The notes: generated from the sequence alone by a model not told the origin. Positions 22,101 through 34,130 are shown, numbered from the stretch's first letter. The stretch is DNA of 46,714 nucleotides from Folioceros fuciformis (GCA_049999805.1 JBNGIO010003086.1:1-46714); one strand, 5' to 3'. Made by a program: numbers and translations.

Positions 22101-23229
22101 ATCCTCCGTCCATAATTTGGCCATGAAGCTGCCTTCCCTTCTCCAGAGCTTGGGTGCCCACACTCGCACATGCCTGCAGGAGGCACACAAAGGTCACAGA
22201 ATCGGGTACCGCAACACCCTCCTCTTGCATAGCATCGTAAAGACCAAGAGCTTCCTGGCCCATGTTCTGCTGGGAATACCCTGCAATTAAAGCAGTCCAC
22301 GTTACCACATTTTTCCTATCCAGTTCATCAAACACTTCTTGAGCATCTGCCAAGCTGCCACACTTTACATACATGTTCACCAAGCAGTTACAGACAAACA
22401 AATCAGGCGCAACCCCACTGGCCAACACATCAGCATGCACCTGCTGCCCAGATTTCAGGTCCGATCCCCTCGCACACGCTTGAAGGGCTGCCACCAGTAC
22501 ATGTCCATCTGGCTTCACACCCGACCGGCGCATTCGATGGTACAGTTCTATTGCACCATGCACTTCCCCCGCTTTAACATGCGCAGAAATAACCGCAGAC
22601 CACGTGAAGGCATCCGGTTTGCCCACCATTCCAAACACATCCATCGCGTCTCGCAACCTGCCATGAGCAGCGTACATTCGCAAAATATGGTTGCCCAGGA
22701 ATGTATCCGACTGATACCCCTTCCTCACCGTCAAAGCGTGCACCCGGCGACCCAAAACAAGATCCTTCGTCAACGTACATTTCTTCAGAACAATTTGAAA
22801 AACAGATTTGGCAATACAACAGTCTGCCTGCACCAGCATCCCCAGAGCCTCAACGGCTTCACGCAGATGCCCCTCATTACACAGCTGGCTCACGGTCTGA
22901 TCCGTTAAGCCCCTATCATACCCTGCGTTCCTGCCTAGGCAAGCATCATCAGCCAACCTCCAGTCCGAAGCAGACCGACCCATCTCCACATCCAAAGCGC
23001 CACCCCAAGCTGCCTTGCAAAGTTGAACCTCCTGAGACTGCCTGTGCCCAATGCCAGGCCAACGGAGGCTCCTCTCGATGCACCATCCTTGCTTCCTTGA
23101 AGCCGGGCGAACCGGAGCTCTCCCTCGACTGCCAGCCAGCCCACCAATTTCCTGGGTCCCCACAAACTGTCCCCACAACGGATTCTGTTGCCCCCCGCGT
23201 GCCTGAATTGCAGCACTCCCGACAGCCAT
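19174..23229 (-). CDS. PLS-class PPR protein (E1-E2 plus WW-type PG box, no DYW)
   Basis: Intronless 1351-aa ORF with an Arg/Ala/Ser-rich N-terminus (possible transit peptide). Eight central S-P-L triplets, HLTCMVDLLGRAG, then AWKQPGQSWWTDKDGLVHNFLVRDENHPRSQ and a stop shortly after. Confidence 0.95.
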   Translation of the reverse strand: MAVGSAAIQARGGQQNPLWGQFVGTQEIGGLAGSRGRAPVRPASRKQGWCIERSLRWPGIGHRQSQEVQLCKAAWGGALDVEMGRSASDWRLADDACLGRNAGYDRGLTDQTVSQLCNEGHLREAVEALGMLVQADCCIAKSVFQIVLKKCTLTKDLVLGRRVHALTVRKGYQSDTFLGNHILRMYAAHGRLRDAMDVFGMVGKPDAFTWSAVISAHVKAGEVHGAIELYHRMRRSGVKPDGHVLVAALQACARGSDLKSGQQVHADVLASGVAPDLFVCNCLVNMYVKCGSLADAQEVFDELDRKNVVTWTALIAGYSQQNMGQEALGLYDAMQEEGVAVPDSVTFVCLLQACASVGTQALEKGRQLHGQIMDGGYEDDLSVAGSLVNMYAKCGSLVDAQRVFDGLSRKEVVTWTALIAGYSQQGMGRDALRLYSAMQAEAIVTPNAVTFVCLLQACASVGASALEKGKQFHAQIREGGHEADVVVANSLVNMYAKCGSLGDAQSMFDRLVYKDVVTWNVMIAGYSLQGMGQQALQLYSVMQQEATVVPDSMTFLSLLQACARVGNGALEKGKQLHLQIRERGHQANVFIANSLISMYAQCGSLEDAQAVFDGLVQKDVVTWNAMIAGYSQQGMGHEALGLYSTMQNEGFVSPDSVTFVSLLQACSSVGTLALEEGKQLHSQIRQRDYETDVVVASSLVNMYAKCGSLEDARRVFNGLGQKGVITWNTMLAGYSQQGMGREALSLYTAMQEEGEAVPNAVTFVCLLQACASVGNQALEEGKRLHAQIREQGQQADVSVASSLVNMYAKCGSLDDARRVFDNLVQKDVVTWTALIAGYSQQYMGQEAICLYTAMQEQGIAVPDSVTFVCLLQACAGLGTPALEMGKKIHVQSKERGCQADVVVANSLVNMYAKCGSLADAQMVFDRLPHKDVVTWNAMIGGHSQQGMGQEALHLYSAMQEEAIAVPDSVTFTCLLQACASMGTSALEKGKELHVQIREGGHQADVFVANSLVNMYAQCGSLADAQRVFDGLCDKDSVTWTAIIAGYSKQGMGQEALRLYSDMQEEGIAVPNAVTFACLLQACANVAALHVGRQLHAEIEGRGFQPDLFLAGGLINMYGKCGSVVEAQKVFNSLQERDAVVWNSLIAGYTCQGNSEKVFDLVHKMKEDGIQPDGITFLSVLRVCSHAGLVDKGREYFRAMSRFQGITPTALHLTCMVDLLGRAGQLHEALDLALAMPVLADAAVWHSLLGACRKWSNVEVGRIAFDQAVKLDNKDAEAYVLMSTIYTGAQMWEETLKMQARRKHIRAWKQPGQSWWTDKDGLVHNFLVRDENHPRSQTKLDKVILGRSLGIS

Positions 23230-24000
23230 GGCTGCCAGGAGCTATCTGGTAAGGCCTCCAGCCTGTAAGATGCGAATCCTGTAGGCTCACATTCTTCGTG
23301 TCCTGGTGATGGATTATCATGCTATCAGCAGTGCTCTGAAGGTGTCCATGAATTTCGCCGTGCAGTGATTATCAGACACGCTTTTCAGAGAGAATCTGTC
23401 GACACCGGCCCCTCGACAGCAAGCAACATTGCTTCCACAAAACGTGTCCTTGAGCACGGAACGGAACATGAATCTGACCAACAGGAATCCAAATTCGAGA
23501 GGACGGTATCGCTTACAGTAATACGAGGAATTACTGGGTTTTGTCTGGAAGGAGAGAGAGTCTAGAGAATTCTTCACTAGGCGTCCAAGCTTTGCTTGCT
23601 ATTTCATTGGGTGGAAAGTTGTAGAAACGGAAGTCTCCAGAAGGCACGTCTGAACACATTACTGCCACACTCGCTCTACGCGCAAGTGTATTGCATTCTT
23701 CGCGCACGGAGGTCCGCTTGCGCGCACACGTTGCGACGCTGAACCATCTCTCTCTCGCACATCGATTGGCTTGCGCGGCCGCCACCTCTTCTGGTATGTC
23801 GCTGCACTGCACCCTCCTGCCCATTGCAGCTGAAGCTACGGGCAGTTGGTTGGAGGCGGTTCTTTCCCGCTCTCAGCCGTATCTGAACGCCGCCGCGGCT
23901 AGTACTCGATTTCTCTCCGTCGCATGCTACTGAGAAGCTGCTCTTTTCCTCGGTTTTGTGCAGAGTCTACTGCCAGGGGGCTGCTTCCTGCGGTGTTGCA

Positions 24001-27000
24001 ATGGAGGACTTTGAGCTCAACGAGGGCGACGACCTAGGGGAAGAGGATTTCCAGGGGGTCAAGGGTTATGGGGATGGAGCTACCTCGGCTGGGCCGCAAA
24101 AGGTTGGCGAGGAGCGTGAAATCGTCAAGGGACGTCTCAAGAAGCTTGTGCAGAAGGAGGGAACTGGCTGGGAGACTCCTGATGCCGGGGATGAGGTGAC
24201 AGGTGAGGGAGTGGTGCGAGTTGCTTGAATTTCGGTTGCTGGCGTTGGCTGTGACGCTGACTCCGCGGTTTGGTGTGGTTCTACAGTGCATTATACCGGA
24301 ACGCTGCTGGACGGGACTAAGTTCGACAGTAGCCGGGACCGAGGGACGCCTTTCACGTTCAAGCTAGGCCAGGGTATGGGTTTCGCCTTTCTCTGCCGCG
24401 GTTTGTGGTATCTTGGTGCTCTCCACTGAAGCTTGTATGGGGGACCAGGTGAGGTTATTCGGGGATGGGACGAGGGAGTGGCAACCATGAAAAAAGGAGA
24501 AGTCTCGGTTTTGACTATCGAACCTGAGTATGCCTATGGTGAGACCGGATCACCTCCCACAATCCCTCCTAATGCTACTCTAAAGTTCGAAGTTGAGCTG
24601 CTGTCGTGGAGCAGCGTGAAAGACATTTGCAAGGATGGCGGCGTGCTCAAGAAGGTTATCAAAGAGGGTGAGAAGTGGGAAACGCCGAAGGGAGAAGACG
24701 AGGTTACTGGTACGTTGTGTGTGGTTTCGTGTTAAATTCTGTGGTTACTTGTTTGGCAGAAACCCGTGCCCCAGGTTTTCTGTAGTTCTGTTCCGTGCTT
24801 GATACGAAGTTTGTTCGGATGCAGTACGATTTGAGGCTAGGCTTGCCGACGGCAGTGTTGTGGAGAAGACCCCTGAGGATGGTGTTGAGTATGACTTGAC
24901 TCAGGGTTAGTGTTTCGTGTCATGTTGAAGTGCCCTTGCGATGTTAGGTTCTGAAGTAGATGTCTTCCCTGCGAAGTAGCAGTTTTGCTGAGCTTGGTGC
25001 TGCATTGATGCATGGCAGGCTACTTCTGCAATGCCATTAGCGCAGCAGTGAAGACAATGAAGAAGTCTGAAGTGGTGACACTAACAGTTAAACCTTCTTG
25101 TAAGTAAAGCTATGTTTTCCCATTTGGTGTCTCTTGATTTGTCGCTACGAGCAACTGACACAGCGCACTTTCCTTTCAGATGGTTTTGGTGACAAGGGAA
25201 GGCCTGCACAAAATAGTTTGGCAGCTGTACCACCTAACGCAACGCTATCTATTGATCTTGAGCTGCTTTCTTGGAAACCCGTAGAGTCTGTGACTGACGA
25301 TAAGAAAGTTATGAAAAAGATTTTGAAGGCAGGGGAAGGCTATGAGAAGCCAAACGATGGATCCGTCGTGCAAGGTCAGTTTACTTCGGATAGGAGTTGT
25401 AGAACGAGGGAGTATTATTTTGAACACAGCTTCTGCATCGATGATTGCTGGGTTTTGGATTCGAGCTACCACATGTTCTGATCGTTGTCTTGGATTTGAG
25501 GTGTAATGGTTTTGTTTGTCGTCTGCAGTGAAGTACATAGCAAGATTGTCTGATGGGACCGTCTTTGAGAAGAAAGGGCATGATGATGAGCTCTTTGAGT
25601 TTATGACGGATGAAGGTAGGTGTAGGGGAACATTTCAGTCTCCACCTCTGAAGTCCAACCTGGTCTCCCTTTTCATGTTCGACTGACTAATATTGGTGCG
25701 ATGTGTCACAGAGCAAGTAATTTCGGGTTTGGATAGGGGAGTTGGCACCATGAAGAAGGGCGAGATAGCACTGCTGACTGTTCATTCAGAGTATGCCTTT
25801 GGGGATGTAGAGGTGAAGAAAGATCTGGCTACTGTTCCTGCCGGGTCCACTGTGGTGTATGAAATTGAGCTGATATCTTTTACCAAGGTGAGTTGAGTCT
25901 TCCCTCTCGTCACGGATCCGCTTGTGTCTGCCTTAGTAGTTTATGGTTGTCGGGATGGCGTATGGCGAAGGTGAGCTGCTCTGTGTTCCTCTCCTAACAT
26001 GGTTGCACTCACGCAGGAAAAGGAGGGCTGGGATTTGGATACCGCTGAAAAGCTGGTGTATGCGGCGAAGAAGAAGGAAGATGGGAATGTTTTGTTTAAA
26101 TCTGGGAAGTACTGGAGAGCAGCGAAGAAGTATGAGAAGGTGAGTTTTCTCGTCTGCCCATTCACATGGAGTTTGGACTGGTCATGGAACACTGCACCTG
26201 TTGATGCGATGGAATCTAAGGTCGACCACACTTGCCCATGTGCAGGCCGTGAAATACCTTGAATTGGACACCTCTTTTAATGACGAACAAAAGAAAATTT
26301 CTAAGGCTCTGAAGGTCACCTCCTACGTGAACAATACAGCGTGCAAACTAAAGTTAAAGGACTTTCCGGAGGCTGTGAAACTGGCTACCAAGGTGAATTT
26401 TGTCTCACCCGACAGTTGCTCTTTTGACAGGGTCGATCCTTCTTCCGTTGATTTCTCCGTTCTAACCTGTGCCTCGTGCTGTATTTAGGCTCTAGCGTTG
26501 GAGTCTTCTAATGTGAAGGCCCTCTTCAGACGAGCGCAAGGCTATATGGAGACGGCAGATTATGATTTGGCTGAATGGGACATTAAGAAGGCTCTGGAAA
26601 TTGAGCCGAACTCCAGGTACTGCTAGTGCCCGAGTCTGCCTGTGTGCCGTGATTTTTTTTCCTTGATCCAGCTTGGAGTCTTTGGAAGGTTTAACTCACG
26701 AAGGGTTCTGGTAACTGCAGAGAGATTCGCGCACTCTTGAAGTCGGTGAAGCTGAAGCAAATCGAACAGAATAAGAAAGAGGCAAAGCTGTATGGCAACA
26801 TGTTTGCCCGATTGAGTAAACTTGAAGCGAAGGAGGTCAAGGTACCGAGTCCATAACCCGCCTCTTGATTTCGGGCGATGTCTTGTGCTGGCTCGTCGTA
26901 CTCGTGCGTCTTATTGTAAAACTCAGGTATTGTTTGTACCCACAGAGTGAAGGTGGAGAGCCCATGGAGGTGGAGAAGGGAAATGGGAATATCATTGACG

Positions 27001-27044
27001 CCGGGGCTGAGGAGGGTGAGGCCATGGCGGTGGACAAGGAGTAG
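24001..27044 (+). CDS. FKBP62: FKBP62/FKBP65 (ROF1-type) peptidyl-prolyl isomerase with three FKBP domains and TPRs, multi-exon
   Basis: Spliced protein includes [82 protein letters not shown], repeated FKBP domains, TPR region [24 protein letters not shown] and [13 protein letters not shown]. Stop TAG at 27042-27044. Confidence 0.95.
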
Positions 27045-27264
27045 GTGCCGTTGACGGGTCGCATTGTAGAGACACCACTGGCTAGGTGTAGGTGAGGGAC
27101 GTTAGGTCTGAATAGTGGGATTTCAAGCGGCCTGGTTCGATTGATAACGGAAAAGAATTTGTAAAATGGAGAGCAGCTGGAGGGGTCGTGTGCCCATGCA
27201 ATGAGGCAGAACCATTTCCTTTCGTTATGTCCTTATCACTTAAGACCCACCTATCTTCGGATTA

Positions 27265-27272
27265 AAACCCTA
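27265..27272 (+). promoter_or_regulatory. Telo-box (AAACCCTA) upstream of ribosomal protein gene
   Basis: Exact AAACCCTA ~350 bp upstream of the RPS9 ATG. Telo-boxes are typical of plant ribosomal-protein promoters, but an 8-mer could be chance. Confidence 0.45.
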
Positions 27273-27618
27273 CGTTCGGTAACAATTCTGCACTCAACAT
27301 GTCGTGCATCGAAAACGGTGGTTCTCCCAGCAAAGGAAATCAACTTTCCAATGTAGAAACTGATTTTTGTAGTTAACTATTTGTGGCCATACCCTTAATT
27401 AAAGGTGAAGCTAATTTTCTATTTTCCGTATAAGGAAATAGTAATTACGCTATACATACGAGTAGTGGAAGAAGCAGTTGGCTACCATTTAGGGCACAGG
27501 GCAGGAATTAAAATCCTCTTCGCGCGGCATTGAAGGTTGCTGTTTCCCTGAGCTGCGGGCGACGTCGCTCGTTTCTCTTGAGCAATCTCTGTCGGCGAGC
27601 CGCCCGGCTTGAGCAGCT

Positions 27619-28447
27619 ATGGTGCATGTAGCGTTCTACCGCAACTATGGCAAGACGTTTAAAAAGCCGCGTCGACCATTCGAGAAGGAGCGGTTGGATG
27701 CGGAACTGAAGCTGGTGGGCGAATATGGCCTGCGGAACAAGCGTGAGTTATGGCGGGTTCAGTACGCCCTGAACCGCATCCGCAACAATGCCAGGATGTT
27801 GCTTACCTTGGATGAGAAGAACACCCGTCGTATCTTCGAAGGCGAGGCCCTGCTCCGTCGGATGAACAGGTGTGTCTCAGCTGGAATAACCAATTGTCTA
27901 CAGGTTGTGTTGTGTAGGCCTGTGTTGGAGAATTCGTGAGGAGATGCTCACCCTAGTGACCAGGGCAATAGAGGAATCCACTACGGCCCGAGAAATTAGG
28001 GCGTGGCTACCTTTGTTTGTTTGATGATGGATTGCAGGGAGAGCCTGCACCGTCAAAATTTAATCTAGCGGTGCTGGTAGCTAAATTTTTGGACGTCGCA
28101 GGTACGGTTTGCTGGACGAGAGTCAAAACAAGCTCGACTATGTCCTAGCCCTGACCCCCGAGAACTTCCTGGAGCGCCGCCTGCAGACTTTAGTGTTCAA
28201 ATCTGGCATGGCCAAGTCTATTCACCACGCCCGTGTATTGATCAAGCAGAGGCACATTAGGGTGGGGAAGCAGATTGTGGACGTGGCTTCCTTCATGGTG
28301 CGGGTTGACTCTCAGAAGCACATCGACTTTGCCCTGTCCAGTCCACTCGGTGGCGGTCGCCCTGGACGCGTGAGGAGGAAGAACATGAAGGCAGCATCCA
28401 AGAAAGCAGCTGGTGGCGACGGGGATGAAGAGGAAGATGATGAGTAG
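27619..28447 (+). CDS. RPS9: 40S ribosomal protein S9 (uS4), 2 exons
   Basis: [43 protein letters not shown]...[22 protein letters not shown]...[19 protein letters not shown]. Intron at 27870-28101. Confidence 0.98.
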
Positions 28448-29794
28448 AGTAGGTGTTCCAATTAGGGTTGCGGGAACTCATTTCTAGGGCACCTAATCCT
28501 TGGGGCACGGTGCCGAAGTCCCTCGTTTTGGGACATGTTGTGGAGCCCTCCACGTCGAGGAAACGAAATTTTTGTCTAGTGTCTGTCCTATTCCATGTTT
28601 TTCCCAGGGAATCAGTTTTACATCAGTTGGAAGTGTTGGGCAAGTTGTAATAACTTTGCGAAAGCATGGTTTTTGTTCCCGAGTAGGGCGGCTCAGTCAA
28701 GCCGCCCACGTCACACGTTTAGGCACCCTTCTTCTACTCCTGTTTGTCAAATCCACACCGATGTTTCACACACGGCATGTCCTGTTCCTCACTCCCCAAG
28801 GCGGTACGATTGCGGGTCCCAAGCCAGCCGAGCGCAAATGCTTTTGCGAACACTGCTAATAATGCTAGGCGTGAGGCCCCACAGGTGACGTGCTTGACAC
28901 CGAGTAGATTACCATCCCTGCGATTGATGACTTCCTATAGGATGCAGTTGCATTTTCTAGCGCGTGGGACAGTGTGGGCTGGCTGCAATTCCTTTCTTCC
29001 ACTAGGGAGCCGTCGCATATCCTACCGCGTGGGGCAGTGTGGGTTCATTGGCTTCTAGCAAACGGTTGCACCCACCCCGGATCTAAGCTGTTAGATGAGA
29101 ACCAGCCAGAGCTCGAACAATTTCACACAGTTCGCCGAGCACATCGACCTGGATGTCATATGAACAAGGAATCTGAGTCCGCTCACCTTGTGTTGCGCAC
29201 TGTATGCCCAGCAAATAGTATTCATAGTCCGCCCACGTTGTGTTGTCCGTATCTTTCTAAAGCTTTCATGAACTCTCTCACCGGTTGCTGTCTAAGTTCA
29301 CGTAAAACACTTCGAAGGGACTCCAGCGACCTCTTACCTGGTCTCAGTCCACACGGTCGGACTTCCATCCCTTGCTCACCCTGTCTCACCTGAGACAAAA
29401 ATTTCCGGTCGATAGGCTTTGCAAGTACTGGTCATGGGGACGTTGCAATAGATAGAAATATGTGGGAACCGTCGTCGCCATGTGCTGCGCGAGGAGGCGA
29501 GACCGTCATGATAAATATGGCACGTGCGTGATCTGGAGTTTCTTGGAAGCTTGATAATCAATGGTCATTGCCGGCCCGAGAACTACAAATGCTTGAGCTG
29601 TGCAGGCTTCTCTTCGAACTCTCCCCTTGCTTCCACAAGCAGAGCTGAGAGGAAACATCTTGTGGCCTCTCAATTCTTTCACGAGCCTGCCGGCACCCTC
29701 CACTTGCACACTCCACATCACTGCCACCGATCGTCAACGGTCCCGGAGTTCCGACCTCCAACACAACAGCTTCCACGCCACCGATACAGGATAC

Positions 29795-32724
29795 ATGGCG
29801 AGGGAAATGGCAGTGCAACCCTTGGTTAAGCTTGCAATTGCTTGCCTCGTCGTGGCCCTTGGCCTGGCTTCACAAGCGTCTGCCACATCTTCGTATGAAG
29901 ACAAGGGCCCCTACGAGGTGGACAAGGGACGCAAGGGATCGCAACCCATCACCCACTACTACGACTGGAAGGTTAGTGTGTACTCCAGATCTAGATCGAA
30001 GTCCAGAACTCCTCCTGAACAACCAGCGGCTGCGATGGTCGTGAAACATGTTTGAATTGCGAGCTCACCAGCTCACCTCATGAATTCATGTTAGACTTAT
30101 CGTAAGATGGATATATCTGGCCGCAACGAAACTCATGAGTTCGAGTGGTGCATTCCCGCCAACAGGTGCAGTACGTGAATGTGACTCGGCTATGTCGTAC
30201 CAAGCCTCTCGTCACCATCAACGGCCTATTCCCCGGCCCTCCTGTCTACATTAGAGAGGACGACAGAGTTATCATCAAAGTGACCAACGAGGTTCCATAC
30301 AACGTCACGCTCCACTGGTACTGGGCCTTCCTCGCCACCTTTATACAACGCAACGCGTTTGGAGTTCAAGTCAGCGGAATCGTTCCTGAATTGAACTCCA
30401 CCGACTCCAGGAACTTCCAAGTTCCTGAATTGAGCCCCACGAGCTCCAGAAACTTCGGAGTTCCTGAATCCGATTTGAATTCGATTATTCTGGATGGATC
30501 CTGTCGGCTGAGGCTGACATTGCGCAAATTCCGTTACTGCAGGCACGGAGTAAAGCAAGTGCTACAGAACTGGCAAGATGGCCCGGCGTACATCACTCAG
30601 TGCCCGATCCAGACAGGAGATTCCTTCACTTACGACTTCGTCGTGGGCAGCAGTCAGCGGGGAACCCTTTGGTGAGTGCCACGACCGTTTTCTGTCATCC
30701 ACGATTATTTTGTCAACTCTCCCAGCTGGAATGCTTTTCTAAGATCTTCGTACTGCTATCGTGTGAACGTATGCACATGGCTACTAGATGGATCGTTTGA
30801 CAGTCTTAGCTTACATGGCTTCACGAATTTTTATTGCATCTTTCCCGGAAAAACCTACGCCGGCACCCGGCCCACATCATATTCGTCTGGAATTGCGTGC
30901 CTACTGTCAAACGTTGAGCAACACATTGATGTGGAATTCGTCTGCAGGTACCACGCTCACATCACATGGCTACGAGCCAGCCTTTACGGAGCCTTCATCG
31001 TCCTTCCCAAGAAGGGAGTTCCCTACCCATTTCCCAAACCCGATGGGGAGCAAGTTATCCTATTCGGTACGATCGTGGCTTCCGTCCATCGCCAGTTGTC
31101 GGATGCAATCTCTGTTTCCTTGAGCTTTACACTCATGCGAATTGTTCTTTATCCTGGCAGGAGAATGGTGGAACGCGAACTACGAAGACGTGGAAGCTGC
31201 AGCCATCAGAAGAGGCGCTGGTTACAACATCTCAGATGCCCTCTTGCTGAATGGCCAGCCCGGCAATGGCTACAACTGCTCATCTCAGGGTGCGTATCAA
31301 ATTCTACCCAATGGCATGGATGATCAGTGACATGATAGTTCTTGGAACACACCCGGGCTGTCTACTGATCAGAAGGAGGTTGTGGTGGATCATGGCAGAC
31401 ACCACGGTTGTCCAAGTGGAGTACGGAAAGACGTACCTGCTCCGACTGATCAACTCCGCGATGAACTTCGAGCAGTACTTCAGCATATACAACCACAACC
31501 TGACTGTGGTAGAAGCCGACGGCGAGTACACCAAGCAGCTGAAAGAGTCCGTGGTGCTGCTGACACCAGGCCAGTCATTGAACGTGTTGGTGAAAGCCAC
31601 TCAAGCAGGAGGAGGAAGGTTCTACATTGCGACCAGCGTGTGGTCCCCGGCTCCAGTGAGGTCCGTCCCCTTCCCCACCATATCGGCCACAGCCATTCTG
31701 GAGTACGTGAAGCCCAAGACCGATCCCAAAAAAATGTCACCCTCCCAGCTGCCCACCTTCCCTGCGTTCAACGACAGCGCGTGGGCCTTGGACTTCGACG
31801 AAAAGATCAAATCCTTGGCCAGCAAAGAGTTTCCCATCAGCGTGCCCAAGAACATCAGCCCAGACACTGACCTGCTGTTCACGGTGGGATACAACGTGCA
31901 ACCTTGCAATCCCACCGACGGCTGTGGGTTCAGCAACGGCACAGCCAAGCTGGTCACCAGCATTAACAACATCACATTCGAGGAGCCCAAGAGGTCCCTT
32001 CTTGAGGTAAAATGAGGCTTCTTCGGTCATTGTTACCCCTTTTTGCAAGCAACCGTTCTGAGACTCAGACTGATTTGATACGGTGCTGGTGCTTTGAACC
32101 CAACAGGCCTACTTCAACCATGTAAACAACATCTACTCATCGGACTTCCCCGATGACCCTCCCTTCATCTACAACTTCACAGGAACCGTTGTGCCCGCCA
32201 ACCGGCAAGGGCAGAGGGGGACCAGGCTAAACGTTATCCCATTCGGATCTGAGGTGCAGCTGGTATTCCAGAACACCAACTTGGTTTTCTTTGAGAGTCA
32301 TCCTTTCCATTTGCACGGCTTCAGCTTCTACATCGTGGGCTCTGGATTTGGTACCTTCAATGCCACCGAGGACCCCAAACATTTCAACCTCGTAGACCCA
32401 CCTCTCCGCAACACGGCTGCCGTCCCTGCTGGAGGATGGACTGCCGTACGTTGGAAAGCAGACAACCCCGGTACAAATTTACTCAACACTCTCATCAATT
32501 TCAATAACCTGGGCCTGACCTTGACCAATTTTTCACATCAGGACTGGTGTGCATTCTGTGCTCACAACAGCGTTGTTTGTGTAACTGCTGCAGGTGTCTG
32601 GTTCATGCATTGCCATCTCGAAATCCACACCTCGTGGGGCATGGCTATGGGCTTCATCGTGCAGAACGGGCAAGGGCCCCTCGAGACCCTGCCTCCTCCA
32701 CCTCCCGGCATGCCCAAGTGCTGA
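29795..32724 (+). CDS. LAC: Laccase (multicopper oxidase), secreted, multi-exon, apparently intact
   Basis: Signal peptide [18 protein letters not shown]. Copper motifs TLHW|HG, TLW|YHAH, HPFHLHG and [15 protein letters not shown] (axial Met). Ends PPPPGMPKC*. Confidence 0.95.
30382..30469 (+). repeat. 39-bp tandem repeat (~2.3 copies) inside a laccase intron
   Basis: gttcctgaat starts at 30382, 30421 and 30460, within intron 30318-30542. Confidence 0.8.
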
Positions 32725-33484
32725 TCTGAGTTTCGCACCCAATTTATCCCGTATCACCTCTCGAGTTTTGGCCATGTCTTACATTCTTGCCCAGCTTGAC
32801 ATCTCATTCTTGTTGGGCTTGATATCTCATCAAACGGCTCAGTCCAAATTCAGACACACCTGAACAAGGCCCTGATTAGTCCTTCCTCACCCCAAGAGGG
32901 ACCTAAATGGTGTACCTTCTCTATTAGAAAAATTGCTTTGTGCTTTGTGTTTCTAGAAGCCTACTTTGCTCTAAGCAGCAAGTTGCCTCAAGGTGTTGGG
33001 ACATGCCCACTCATGGTGGGCTTCCAAAAATAAATTTATTTATATTTCTTTTATATTTCAAAGTGAGCGAAGCAGAAGTCTGACAGTCCAGTAAGCATGG
33101 ACTTCCCAGGTACTTCACAACTTAGACCATGATGAAGCGACGTGCTTGCACCAAAGAATAATTTCGTTTAGACACCAATTTAAATACTGGTCCCAGCAGG
33201 ATGATTATTGACGGCACTTTTACAAATGTGTCTATTCATGTCAAGGCTGGGAGCCCAGTTGAGGAGCACTTAGCCAAATGGAACAGCTCGTATGTGTGAT
33301 GGTTCTCAAGACACAACATCCCCCTTTCACATGGCTTATGGGTCGTGGACAGAATATCCTTTCACACGGTCCTTGGGTCATCGAGTGATTGCCACGCTGG
33401 CTGGCAAAATGTGAGCATCCACGACCCCAGCTTGGAATCAATGTGGTGTATATGGGAATTCGTACAAGAATCAGCGATATGTGG

Positions 33485-34010
33485 GTGGTGTCGCATGTCC
33501 GCCATAGACAAGGGGCAGATTACCAAGGGGGCCGTATCCATGCTGTCAGGTGAAGGCTACGGTGGTGCGCACGAGGTGTGCCTATCCAGACGTCACCGCA
33601 TGCACCAGACACTTGCAACAGTTGACAAACAGTTCACAGGTTACATATATTTGCTCCTGGAGAAGATGGGCATGAAGTGCAAGGGACGTGCTGGTGACGG
33701 TGAAGTTTGCATTTGATGTCGTGTTCAGCACTTTCTTGCACCAGAGTGAACTGCGCTGACAGCTTCAGCCCATCCGACAGTCCATCTAACAACCCATTCC
33801 AGCCCATAGAAAGGATGCCCAGAATCGCACCAAGAGACAGTGACCCCTTGAGGTCTCGGTTGCATTGAGAGTGGCGAATCCAGTCCCCAGGGTGGTAGTT
33901 AAAACGTTGGAAACAGAAGTTAAGGAATGGATGGCCATGATAGTCGTCTAATTGAGATAAATTTGTCCTGCCTTTGGCAAAACGGATGGGGACATGTTCA
34001 GGATGGCCCT
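33485..34010 (-). pseudogene. Heavily degraded laccase 3' fragment (third copy)
   Basis: Minus strand aligns by eye to the last two laccase exons: GHPF (HPFHLHG), gggactggattcgccactctcaatgcaaccgag vs ggctctggatttggtaccttcaatgccaccgag, and gtgtctggtgcatgcggtgacgtctggataggcacacctcgtg vs gtgtctggttcatgcattgccatctcgaaatccacacctcgtg. Confidence 0.7.
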
Positions 34011-34032
34011 GCTTTGTGTTCAAAAAAACTCG

Positions 34033-34080
34033 CAACTTCAGTCCAACCGAGGTGGTTACACCTCGGTTGGACTGAAGTTG
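34033..34080. repeat. Perfect 22-bp inverted repeat with 4-nt loop
   Basis: caacttcagtccaaccgaggtg-gtta-cacctcggttggactgaagttg; the arms are exact reverse complements. Confidence 0.95.
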
Positions 34081-34130
34081 GTCGGTCTCACTATGTTACA
34101 TTGAAAGGGAGGTACGGCTGGAGGAGGAGT

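Noticed and set aside
10818-23320. Numerous 60-190 aa ORFs overlapping the PPR genes
   Set aside because: These are antisense or alternate-frame shadows of the repetitive PPR coding sequence.
27870-28101. Intronic C/D snoRNA in RPS9 (TGATGA at ~28022)
   Set aside because: No downstream CTGA D box or terminal stem within the intron.
28450-29790. ORFs between RPS9 and laccase
   Set aside because: No recognisable motifs; consistent with UTR and promoter DNA.
31449-31468. miR397 target site at the laccase LINSAMN position
   Set aside because: About 8 of 20 positions mismatch the canonical ATCAACGCTGCACTCAATGA site.
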